A DNA stretch of 64,000 bases from Chiloscyllium plagiosum (taxonomy: Eukaryota): positions 102,338,468 through 102,402,467 of the forward strand of contig NC_057712.1 in NCBI RefSeq assembly GCF_004010195.1, read 5' to 3'. Positions within the stretch are counted from its first letter, which is position 1. Each line of letters opens with the position of its first letter. Both the position numbers and the translations under genes were made by a program. Below the pieces are notes generated by a model. It was given only the letters and a program-made list of their open reading frames with translations. It had not been told where the DNA came from and did not search any database. Shown piece by piece: positions 12,168 through 23,890 of this stretch.

Positions 12168-13020
12168 TTGGAAATGAGGGGGGAAAGCATGCTCCTGAAT
12201 AAATTCACTCACAACAGTCATCTTTGAGTTGGTGTAAGCATTTCTGGCATCATGCTGTTATCTGGGAAGCTTGACTTGTTTGATCCTGCTGTGGGAGACT
12301 GGGCCCAGTATGTGGAAAGAATGTATTTTTTTTCCAGATAAATGACATTGGGATGGATGAAAAGTTATGAGTAATTCTCCTGACAGCCTCTGGACCTGGA
12401 GTTTTTCCGGTTATTAGGAGTCTGGCTTTCCCTGAGGTGTTAAAATCTTTCAAGAGTTAATGGATTTACTTAAGGAATATTATGACGCCAAGCCTCTGCT
12501 AATTCTGAGACACTGTCAGTTTTACACGAGAATTCGAGAACCAGAGGAATCCGTATTGGAATTTTTGACTCAATCAAGATGACTGGCAGAAGCATGTGAC
12601 TTTGGTTTAACTCTTAATGAGACACTGAGAGATCGTTTGGTATGTGGGATTAATGATGTAACCAAGCAAAAGTGCCTATGAGCTGAAAGCCAAACTGGAC
12701 TTCAAACCAGTACAGCACTGGCTTTATCATTGGAAATTGTGGCAAATGGAGCACATGGGGGTATTCCGATGGAAATAGACACCCTTGCCAGTCTGACTGA
12801 GCTTGGGGAACATCACTTGGGTGAAAGTAATTGCATAGTGTCAATCAGGATTTCTCCTGATCGGAGGGACTCTAGGTCGGCTCACAGTAAAACCCTTAAA
12901 ACAAAGCCAAGCCTCGGACAAACGGTTAAAGGTTTCTTCAGAATTCGAGCCGGCAAGCCAAAGTATTTGCTGCTGGTACGCAGACATGAGACAGCAAAAG
13001 AGCCCCACAGGTCTGAATGA

Positions 13021-13425
13021 TTATATTAGATTCCCTACAGTGTGGAAACAGGCCCTTTGGCCCAACAAGTCCACACCAACCCTCCAAAGAGTAACCCACC
13101 CAGACCCATTTCCCTCAGAATAATGCTCTTAACACTGGGAAATTCAGTGTGGCCATTACCTAACCTGCACATCTTTGGACTGTGGGAGGAAACCCACTCA
13201 CCCAGAGGAAACTCCCACAGAAACAGGGAGAATGTGCAAACTCCACACACCCATTTCCCTCAGAATAATGCTCTTAACACTGGGCCTGCACATCTTTGGA
13301 CTGTGGGAGGAAACCCACTCACCCAGAGGAAACTCCCACAGAAACAGGGAGAATGTGCAAACTCCACACAGACTGTCATCCGAGGCTGGAATCAGCAGTG
13401 CTAACCACTGAGCTACCGAGCGACC
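13021..13425 (-). mobile_element. HE1/V-SINE-type SINE inserted in the Gypsy element, with an internal tandem duplication
   Basis: V-domain (tgtgtggagtttgcacattctcc...ttcctcccacagtccaaag) present twice; CR1-like tail. Confidence 0.88.
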
Positions 13426-16412
13426 TTGAAATTTTTTTTTAGTCCACAATTGAGTCAGAGAACTCATAGGTAAGTATCCAGGAGAGTGTATACACTGAAA
13501 AGTCCATCTATACCTAGTTTAGAACAGTTACATTGCTTGGCAACATCCAAATCAGAACCATTCAAAATCAACATCTGGTTAAATGGTCAACCAGTTCTAA
13601 TGGAGGTTGATACTTATGCGGCTGTTTCAGTGATCACAGAACCAGTCTTTAACAATATTCCCACTGGGACTCCAACCCTTAAGTTTGTGCAAAACCTCAG
13701 CTTTCCAGAAGCTCTTGGGGCTATCAGAAGAGCCTAAACCACCTTCCATGTTGACCAGGAAGCAATTCCATGATTCTTCAAAGCCTGCCTTGTGCCATTT
13801 GTGATAGTGTCGATAGGAGAGTGAGAAATCAGAAAGCTGGAACATGAAGGAATCATCAAACCAGTCCAGTTGGCAGAACGGGCCCCACCGGTCATACCGA
13901 TTGTGAAGCCTGATGGGTTGGTTCGCCTTCGTGGGATTTTAAACAAATGATAGAGCACTTTTCCCAGCTGGATAAATATCGAATCCTTCACATAAAGGAC
14001 TCATACGCAAAGCTGACAGGGGAGCTGTCCTTCACAAAGCTGGACGTGAGCCATGTGTACATGCAATTGTAGTTATGTGAGGATTCTCAGAAGTATGCTA
14101 CAATTAGTACCCACAAGGATTTGGACCAATATATGAGACTGCCATTTGGGATATCGTCAACCTGTGCAATCTTTCAATGGATGATGGAGAACATCTTATA
14201 AAGCCTACCCCAGGCCATCATTTATCTAGATGATGTGCTAGTAACAGGGAAGATTAATAAGGAGCACTTAGAGAACTTGCACATAGTCCTTAGCCATTTC
14301 TCCCAGGTGGGTGTACGCCTTAGAAGGGAAAAATGTGTGTTCCAGACATCCCAAGTGACTTGCTTGGGCTACAGAATTGGCAAGGCTGGGATACACCCAT
14401 TGCAAGATAAACTGAGGGCAATCAACTCTGTCCCAGCTCCCACATCTTTACCGGAGTTTTGGTCTTTCCTTGTGCTGGTGAATTATTACGGGAAGTTCAG
14501 ACATAACCTGGCCTCCATCCTGGCAACTTAACATCAACTGTTCAAAAAGGGTCAGCCTTGGAAATGGTCATGTAGCCAAGCCATAAATTTCAAGGAATTG
14601 AAAATACAGCTATCATCTCCCTCATCATCATAATGCTAGCCCCAATTGAGAGGAATGCCAAATAGCGTGTGCACCAGGACTTTGGTTAATGCAGAGCAAA
14701 GATAGACCCAGATACAGAAGGAAGGTTTGGCAGCCATATGTGGAGTCAGGAAGTTCCAACAATACCTTTGTAGATGTAAATTTGTAATAACAACAGACCA
14801 CAAACCCCTGCAAGATCTATTTAAATAGGACACAGTCGTGCTACTCATTTCTTCAAGCTGAGTTCAGTTTATGGCCCTAATCGTAAGTGTGTACAATTAC
14901 AAGCTGGTACACCATCCAGGAGGCCAAGTAGCAAGTGCAGATGCATTGAGCCACCTCCCACTGGCAGATACACTTCTGATCGTATTGCGTTTGGAAGAGT
15001 CCATAATGGTTTTAAATTTTCTGGACATATTTCCAGTCACAGCTGACAATATCAGACTCTGGAAGCAGAAAGATCCGGTCCAGGCAAAACTGAAACAGCT
15101 GGTGATGGTGGGGGAGACCAAAGGGCCTTCACAATCAGAATCGAAGACGTTTTGGACCCAGGGACACCAAATCACAGTAGATGGCAGCATATTAATAAAG
15201 GGAGCAAGAATGATTGTCCCGAGCACATGTCTCACCCAGATATTGGCTGAACTTGACCAGGGTTATCCAAGGGTTCCTAAAATGAAGATGTTGGTGAGAC
15301 GTTATGCCTGCTGGTGAGGACTGGATGCAGACATAGCTGCTTTGGTGGGGCAGTGCCCAGAGTGCCAACAAGGGCAAAACGTCCCACATGCAGCTTCGCC
15401 ATATTTATAGGAGTGGCTGGATAAACCTGGATTTGGTGACACATTGCAGGTCCTTTCATGGGCTCTATGTTTTTAGTCATTGTGGATGCTCACTGGAAGT
15501 GGCTGGACATTCTTAGAGTTCATTCATCAAACATGGGGACGATGATAGAAAAACCACATGCATCTTTTGCGTAAATGGACTGCAGAAGGTGTAGCTCACA
15601 AACAACAGGCCATTACTTCCCAGCAGGAAATTTGAGTAAACTCGAATTGTATCTGCTACATAAGGACAGCTCGAAACCATCCATCAGAAAGAGCATTCCA
15701 AAATTTGAAGGCAGGCTTAAAGAAACAGCTTAGAGCTTCAGTTAATACCAAACTGTTCTGATTCCTACTTGATTAAAGCACCACTCCTCATGCAACTATC
15801 ATAGCTCCAGCAGAGTTGCTAATGGGGGGAGGACTCCATGCGAGGTTAAAACTGATAGTTCCACAGTTGGTGGGGAGGGTGAAATGGCATTAGGACCACC
15901 AATGCCAGACACAAGACTCTGCTAAGTGAGAAAGACAGTTTACTTCAGGTAAAAAAGTTTGGGGTAGGAACCACGGGAATGGCCCTGCATGGGTAAGAGG
16001 CATGGTTGACATGAGGCCAGGTCCAGTAATGTATAAAGTTTGGAGAGGTGCGATGGTTCTGAACATTCACATGGACCATATAAAAGCTGCAAACTCACAA
16101 ACGGTGCAGGAGCAAACAGTGTCCGGTTCATTAACTGCCTTTCTGACTGTTCTGGAACCCGTGGGCTCTCCCTGTCAAGCATTAAGGGTACCTTGGAATC
16201 TGAGATGGACATGGTGGATATCACCACCTTGAAGCCTTTGCTGCCTGAAGAGGAGAATGAATTTCTTCAGAGATGTTTCAGGCATAAGAGGCGAGCTACT
16301 GTGTGTTACACGCTGCCCATTTCAGAGGCAGAGTTGGAGGAACCTGACCCAGTGCTGAAATGCCCCAGGAGGAGCTACAGGCCCATGCCCTCAGACTCCA
16401 TGGCGGAGGGAG

Positions 16413-16631
16413 GTAGTGATTGTAACAAGGTCAGCCAGGTGGACCTCATAGAACATGAGTTCCCCGATTGGGGCTGTTAATCTGGTCCAATTAAGGAGCC
16501 CTGGCTGACAAGTATAAACAGGAGTCTCACAGGCTCCTCTCACTGAGGAAGCTGGATCAGGTCAAGAATTGACCACATGTAAATAAAGGGTGACTTTGTG
16601 ATGGGATACCAGGCTCTGTGGAGTTACTTCA
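16413..16631 (+). repeat. 3' LTR of the Gypsy element
   Basis: Preceded by purine tract ggcggagggag; contains tataaa and aataaa; ends in CA. Confidence 0.88.
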
Positions 16632-17614
16632 GTAAACCTTTGGAACTCATTGCTATGGGGCAGAGTCCTTGTGTATGTTTAAGATTGTGATAGATTCTTT
16701 ATCAGCAGGGAACCAAGGGTTATGGGGAAAAGGCAGGAGAGTGGATGAGAGGCATGTCAGTTCAGCCATGATGTTACTGAGTGGCAAAGCAGGCTGGAGG
16801 TGCTTGTTCCCATTTCTTACCATTTGATGAGCTAAAGAAGGTGACTCCAGCTTTCTCCACCAGGGAGCAGAAAGATACTTGGCTCCAACGAGGCTTCCAC
16901 TTTCCAACGTTCTTTTTCACTTTATCGCCTGAGGAAAAAAATGCAATGATATCATCAGATAATCCAATGGATACAGTTCTATTCATTGCATAGAATGGGC
17001 TCTTTCATGAACATTGCATTTCTTCCTGAGGCGAGCTTTCTCATAGTGAGAATTTTCTTTTGCAATTAATTGATACAAAATATATCAAGTTAACAAAACA
17101 GGGGTGAAGGCTATTAGTTACAAAGTAAGATTGGAAAGGCTGTGTTGTTCTCTTTAGGACAAAGGAAATTGAAAGGAAAATTATTAAAGTTGTACAACAT
17201 TCTGACATGCTTAAGTAAGGTAAACACAGAAAAATGATTCCCATCATCTAATTGCATCAGAACTATGAGAGACAGATTCAACACTTCTGTGACAATGGAG
17301 GTGGGATGTGAAGGACTTTTCCACAGCAAATGGTGATGAACTGAAGCTCACTACCTGTGGATCTGGAAACAATCAATGAAACCCAATGGGCATTAAAAGA
17401 AGGAAATGTGCAGTTTATGAGGGACCAAGCAGATGTTGGGAACGTGTTGGAGATTGGGGGGGATTGCTCTTTGGGAAGCTGGCATCAATTCATTGTGCTA
17501 GAAGGGCTTCTTCTGCGCTGTAATGATTCTGTGACAAGATTTCAAGTTTTAGAACTTTAAATTAACAAACAAACTGAAAGCAACATTATTGCAACACTAT
17601 TCTGTAGGCAACCT

Positions 17615-18005
17615 GGGCTGACAAGTGGCAAGTAACGTATGTGCCACATGAATGCCATTTTCAACAAGGGTGGATCTAACCATTGCTCCTTGACTTACAA
17701 TGGTATCACCATCACTGAATCTCCCATTATCACCATCCTGGAGGTTATTATTGACCAGATTCTGAACGGCATAGATGTATAAATACTGTGGCCACAAGAG
17801 CAAGTCAGAGGCTAAGACACTCACCAAAACCTGTCCACCATCTAAACGGCACATGGCAGGCATATGATGGAATAGTCCACTCTTGCTGATGGGTGCATCT
17901 CCGACAAAACTCCAGAAGCTTGAAACTACCCAGAACAAGGCAGGCCACTTGATTGGCACCAGAACCGCAAACATTCCATCCTTTCATCATCACCATTCAG
18001 TGCCA
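17615..18005 (+). mobile_element. Fragment of a second CR1/L2-group LINE family
   Basis: tgggctgacaagtggcaagtaac...atggaatagtccactcttgc...; homologous to 22703-23505 and 46770-47452. Confidence 0.7.
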
Positions 18006-18597
18006 GCAGATGATCTGCAATGACCATGTGTGATACTTAGGTTAGCTCCCATTACATAGATATGAACCATGGGTCATATAGTACTGAAGATTTCAATTAA
18101 GTTTTATTGTAGCTTCTTGTATTTACATTTCACATTACAATTATAGGCATTTGAGGTCTGAGCTCAAGTTGAGAAATTTGGATGAGCTGTAGCATTCCTT
18201 CCTTAGCATATTATGCTGCAAGAGGGCAGATCTGAGTAAGATTGAGACTGAGAACTTTATACCATGAAGTCAATTACAAACTCGCTTAGCCTCTGTGTAA
18301 GTTGGTTCTCAGGGAAAACACACTCATGGTTTTTGCTGCAGTATCTGGTCACAAAGTTGTCAAAAAAGACTTGCCGTTTCCTTCTGCACAATATGAGGTG
18401 GAATCTGTCAATTGGAATTTCGAAATGGATGCATACTTTGAGCTGGTCCTTAAAAACTTTCTGGATTCTGTTGTCTTCAAAACTGGCAGGTGCGGTTATT
18501 CTGTGAAGACCCTCCTTGCTGATAGGAAGTAATATTTAAGAGATCTCCTATTGGGATCATTTTGCGTTGAGGTAAACTTGCATTTGTTACTGCACGA

Positions 18598-18831
18598 TAT
18601 TCTGGCAATAGCCCTGAAGGCTTGTGCACCAGAACTAGCTGCACCCCTAGCCAAGTTGTTCCAGTACAGTACAAAGCTGGCATCTACCCAGCAATGTAGA
18701 AAATTGCCCAGGTATGTCCTGTACACAAAAAGCAGAACAAATCCAACCCAGCCAGTTACCACCCCATCAATCTAGTCTTGAGCGTCAGTAAAGTAATGGA
18801 AGGTGTCATCTACAATGCTTTCAAGCAGCAC
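18598..18831 (+). mobile_element. Second-family CR1/L2-group LINE, left part (split by the CR1 insertion)
   Basis: LKACAPELAAPLAKLFQYS RT-region motif; continues at 22703. Confidence 0.8.
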
Positions 18832-21800
18832 CCAGAGTCACAGAGCCATAGAGATGTACAGCATGGAAACAGACCCTTCGGTCCAACCCGTTCATGCCAA
18901 CCAAATATCCGAACCCAATCTAGTCCCAACTGCCAGCACCCAGCCCATATCCCTCCAAAACCTTCCTATTCATATACCCATCCAAGTGCCTTTTAAATGT
19001 TGCAATTGTACCAGCCTCCACCACTTCCTCTGGCAGCTCACTCCATACATGTACCACCCTCTGTGTGAAAATGTTGCCCCTTAGGTCTCTTTTATATCTT
19101 TCCCCTCTCACCCTAAACCTATGCCCTCTAACTCTGGACTCCCCAACCCCAGGGAAAAGACTTTGTCTATTTACCCTATCCATGTCCCTCAAAATTTGGA
19201 AACCTCTATATGGTCATCCCTCAGCCTCCGACGCTCCAGGGAAAACATCCCCAGCCTGTTCAGCCTCTCCCTAAAGCTCAAATCCTCCAACCCTGGCAAT
19301 ATCCTTGTAAATCTTTTCTGAACCCTTTCAAGTTTCAATATGTTTTATCTTCTGGAAGGAAACCAGAATTGTATGCAATATTCCAACAGTGGCCTAACCA
19401 ATGTCCTGAACAGTTGCAACATGACCTCCCAACTCCTGTACTCAATACTCTGACCAATAAAAGAAAGCATACCAAATACGTTCTTCACTATCCTGTCTAC
19501 CTGCAACTCCACTTTCAAGGAGCTATGAACCTGCACTCCAAGTCAGCAACACTCCCTAGGACCTTACCATTAAGTGTATAAGTCTTGCTAAGATTTGTTT
19601 TCTCAAAATGCTTCACATTTATCTGAATTAAACTCCATCTGCCACTTCTTAGCCTATTGGCCCATCTGGTCAAGATCCTGTTATAATCTGAGGTAACTCT
19701 CTTCGCTGTCCACTCCACCTCCAATTTTGGTGTCATCTGCAAACTTATTAACTGTACCGCTTATGCTTGCATCCAAATCATTTATGTAAATGATAAAAAC
19801 TAGAGGACCCAGCACCGATCCTTGTAACACTCCACTGGTCACAGGCCTCCAGTCTGAAAAACAACTCTCCACCACCACCCTCCTACCTTTGAGCCATTTC
19901 TGTATCCAAATGGCTAGTTCTCCCTGTATTCCGTGAGATCTAATCTTGCTAATCATTCTCCCATGGGGAACCTAGTCGAACGCCTTACTGAAATCCATAT
20001 AGATCACATCTACTGCTCTGCCCTCATCAATCCTCTTTGTTACTTCTTCAAAAAACTCAATCAAGTTAGTGAGACATGATTTCCCACGCACAAAGCCACG
20101 TTGACTATCCCAAATCAGTCCTTGCCTTTCCAAATACATATACATCCTGTCCCTCAGGATGTATATCCTTGCCCACCACTGAGGTCAGGCTCACCGGTCT
20201 ATAGTTCCCTGGCTTGTCCTTACCTCTTTTCTTAAACAGTGGCACCACGTTTGCCAACCTCCAGTCTTCCGACACCTCACCTGTGACTATTGATGATACA
20301 AATATCTCAGAAAGAGGCCCAGCAATTACTTCCCTAGCTCCGCACAGAGTTCGAGAGTACACCTGGTCAGGTCCTGGGGATTTATCCACCTTTATGCATT
20401 TCAAGACATCCAGCACTTCGTCCTCTTTAATATGGACATTTTGCAAGATGTGACCATCTATTTCCCTATAGTCTATGTCTTCCATATCCTTTTCCACAGT
20501 AGATATTGATGCAAAATACTCGTTTAGTATCTCCTCCATTTTCTACGGCTCCACACAAAGGCCGCCTTGCTGATCTTTGAGGGGCCCTATTCTCTCCCTA
20601 GTTACCCTTTTGTCCTTAACGTAATTGTAAAAACTCTTTGGATTCTCGTTAATTCTATTTGCCAAAGCTATCTCATGTCCCCTTTTTGCTCTTCTGATTT
20701 ACCTCATAAGTATACTCCTTTATACTCTTCTAAAGATTCAATCGATCTATCCTGTCTATACATTACATATGCTTCCTTCTTTTTCTTAACCAAACCCTCA
20801 ATTTCTTTAGTCATCCAGCATTCCCTATACCTACCAGCCTTTCCTTTCACCCTAACAGGAATATACTTTCTCTGGATTCTCACTATCTCATTTCTGAAGG
20901 CTTCCCATTTTCCAGCCGTCCCTTTACCTGCGAACATCTGCCCCTGATCAGCTTTTGAAAGTTCTTGCCCAATCCCGTCAAAATCGGCCTTTCTCCAATT
21001 TAGAACTTCAGCTTTTACATCTAGTCTATCCTTTTCCATCACTATTTTAAATCTAATAGAATTATGGTCACTGGTCCCAAAGTGCTCCCCCACTGACACC
21101 TCAGTCACCTGCCCTGCCTTATTTCCCAACAGTAGGTCAAGTTTTGCACCTCCTCTAGTAGGTACATCCACTTACTGAATCAGAAAATTTTCTTGTACAC
21201 ACTTAACAAATTCCTCTCCTTAACACTATGGTAGTCCCAGTCTATGTTTGGAAAGTTTAAATCCCCAACCGTAACCACCCTATTATTCTTACAGATAGCT
21301 GAGATCTCCTTACAAGTTTGTTTCTCAATTTCCCTCTGACTATTAGGAGGTCTATAATACAATCCCAATAAGGTGATCATCCCTTTCTTATTTCTCAGTT
21401 CCACCCAAATAACTTCCCTGGATGTATTTCCGGGTATATCCTCCCTCAGCACAGCTGTAATGCTATCCCTTATCAGAAACACCACTCCCTCTCCTCTCTT
21501 GCCTCCCTTTCTATCCTTCCTGTAGCACTTTAAGCTGCCAGTCCTGTCCATCCCTGAGCCATGTTTCTGTAATTGCTATGATATCCCAGTCCCATGTTCC
21601 TAACCATGCCCTGAGTTCATCTGCCTTCCCTGTTAAGCCCCTTGCATTGAAATAAGTGCAGCTTAATTTATTAGTCCTACCTTGTCCCTGCCTGCCCTGA
21701 CTGTTTGACTCGCTTCTGTTCTCAACTGTACCCGTCTCAGATTGATCTTTTTCCTCACTATCTCCCTGGGTCCCACCGCCCACCTTACTCGTTTAAATCC

Positions 21801-22702
21801 TCCTGAGCAGCTCTAGCAAATTTCCCTGCCAGTATATTAGTCCCCTTCAAATTTAGGTGCAATCTGTCCTTCTTGTACAGGTCACCTCTACCTCAAAAGA
21901 GATTCCAATGATCCAAAAATGTGAATCCTTCTCCCATACACCAACTCCTCAGCCATGCATTCATCTGCTCTATCCTCCTATTCCTGCCCTCACTAGCTCA
22001 TAGCACCGGGAGTAATCCAGATATTACTACCCTCAAGAACCTCCTTTTTAAATTTCTGCCTAACTTTCTGTAATCTCCCTTCAGAATCTCAACCTTTTCC
22101 CTTCCTATCCCCCTACATTTTCCAAACCAGCATACCTGTTTGAAATGGGTATATCCACAAAAGACTCCTGCACTAGCTGCCTACCTCTCTTACCTTTCCT
22201 GGAGTTAACCCATCTATGTGACTGTATCTAAGACTTTCCCCCCTTCCTATATCTGCCATCCATCACATACTGTTGCTGTTGCAAATTCCTCATTGCTTCT
22301 AACTGTCTCTCTAACTGATCCATTCAATCTGATAAGATTCGCAACCAACAGCATTTATGGCAGATATAATCCGCAGTAACCCTTAAACTCTCTTTAAACT
22401 CCCACATCTGACAAGAAGCACATATCACTCTACTAAAGGCCATTTTTGCTCCTTCACAATCTACAGACTCAGAAAATAACACCGTCTTATTTTTCTACAA
22501 ACACTGCCCCAGATTAAATTAATGGTTATGGCTTATATTTTAAGTTTAATGAAGAGACATATCTCCAAAAACATATAATCATGAAAGAACGCACTCTATT
22601 CACTACTGCAGACATTCTGTAGGCCATACTTAAAAAACAATTCACTTATCTGATTCTGTGCTGTGAACGTTGCCCAACAGTTCCTCCAAGGTCAGTTGTG
22701 AT
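18832..22702 (-). mobile_element. Near-full-length CR1 LINE (5'UTR, ORF1, APE endonuclease, RT, 3' tail), inactivated
   Basis: ORF1 start at 22443 (MAFSRVICASCQMWE..YICHKC); endonuclease motifs YFNARGL, IAITETW, YYRPP, GDLNFP, TSDHN; RT motifs KSPGPD, NYRPVSLTS, QGSVLGP, KFADDTK; (ctctatga)-type tail at ~18832-18852. Confidence 0.95.
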
Positions 22703-23505
22703 CTTACTCAGTGATAACCTGCTCAGTGATGCCCAGTTTGGGTTTCACCAGGGCCACTTAGCTCCTGACCTCAGTGCAAACATGAACAAAAGAGCTGAAT
22801 TGCAGAGGTGAGGTGAGAGTGGCAGCCCTTGACATTGAGGCCATATTCGACTGAGTGTGGCATCAAGGAGCCCAAGCAAAACTGGTATCAATGGGAATCA
22901 GGGGGCAAACATTTCCCTGGTTGGCACATAGGAAGATGGTGTGGTTGTTGGAGGTCAGTCATTTCAGCTCCAGGACATCTCTGCAGTTCTTCAGGGTAGT
23001 GTCCTATGTCCAAACACCTTCAGCGAGTGTGATGGAATATTCCCCATTTGCCTGGATAAGTAGAGCTCCATCAACACTCAGATTGGCACCACATCCACAA
23101 GCATTCACTCCCTCCACCACTGACTCTCAGTAGCAACAGTGTATACTAGCTACAAGATGGACTGCAGAAATTCACCAAAGATCCTCTAACAGCACCTTCC
23201 AAACCCATGACCACTTCCATCTGGAAGGACAAAAGCAGCAGATATATGGGAACACCATCACCTGAAAGTTTACCTCCAAGCCACTCACTATCCTGACTTG
23301 GAAATATATCTCCATGGCTCCAGTGTCACTGGGCCAAAACCTTGGAATTCTCTCACTAAAGGCATTGTGGGTCTACCTACAGCACGTGGACTACAGTGGT
23401 TCAAGAGGCAGCTCATCACCACCTTTTCAAGGGCAGCTTGGGACGGGCAATACATTTTGGCTCAGCCAGTGATGGCCATGGCCCACAAGTGAATGAATAA
23501 AAAAA
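22703..23505 (+). mobile_element. Second-family CR1/L2-group LINE, right part to its 3' tail
   Basis: Resumes the sequence broken at 18831 (aagcagcac|ttactcag); ends gaatgaataaaaaaaa. Confidence 0.8.
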
Positions 23506-23890
23506 ATTGGATGTGTTATCTTGCACAGAAAAGTTGGATAGAGTCTTATACCTGCTGGTGTTTAGAAAAGTAAGAGGTGACTTGATTGAAACATATCAGA
23601 TCCTGAGGGGTTTTGACAGGGTAGCTGTGAAAAGGATGTTTCCTCTAATGATAGAACCTCGAATTAGGTGTGAGTGGTGTAGGGTTGGAATTTAAAATTG
23701 TTTTTTACATAGGGCAGTGAGCATTTGTAACTCTTCTTGAAAAGTTGGTGTAAGCAGAGCCTTTGAATATTTTTAAGGAAAAGATTGATAGATTTTTGGT
23801 GATCAAGGGGATGAAGGATTCTTGTGGTGGGTGCTAATGTGGATTTGTGGTTATGATCAGAACAATCATGACTATATTAAATGATGGAAC
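23506..23890 (+). mobile_element. Old CR1 3' fragment
   Basis: RGDLIETYQILRGFDRV motif. Confidence 0.75.

Larger units (their letters stand above)
11951..16631 (+). mobile_element. Decayed Ty3/Gypsy LTR retrotransposon (gag-PR-RT-RNaseH-IN) with both LTRs
   Basis: Protease LMEVDTYAAVSVI (~13600); RT IIYLDDVL (~14220); LVNYYGKF; ADALSHLP; integrase zinc finger and core (GQCPECQ, IAGPFMG..LVIVDAH); purine tract before the 3' LTR; many stops and frameshifts. Confidence 0.93.

Noticed and set aside
16002-16480. env-like extra ORF in the Gypsy element
   Set aside because: Appears to be a frameshifted integrase C-terminal or low-complexity tail running into the LTR; no signal peptide or transmembrane segment.
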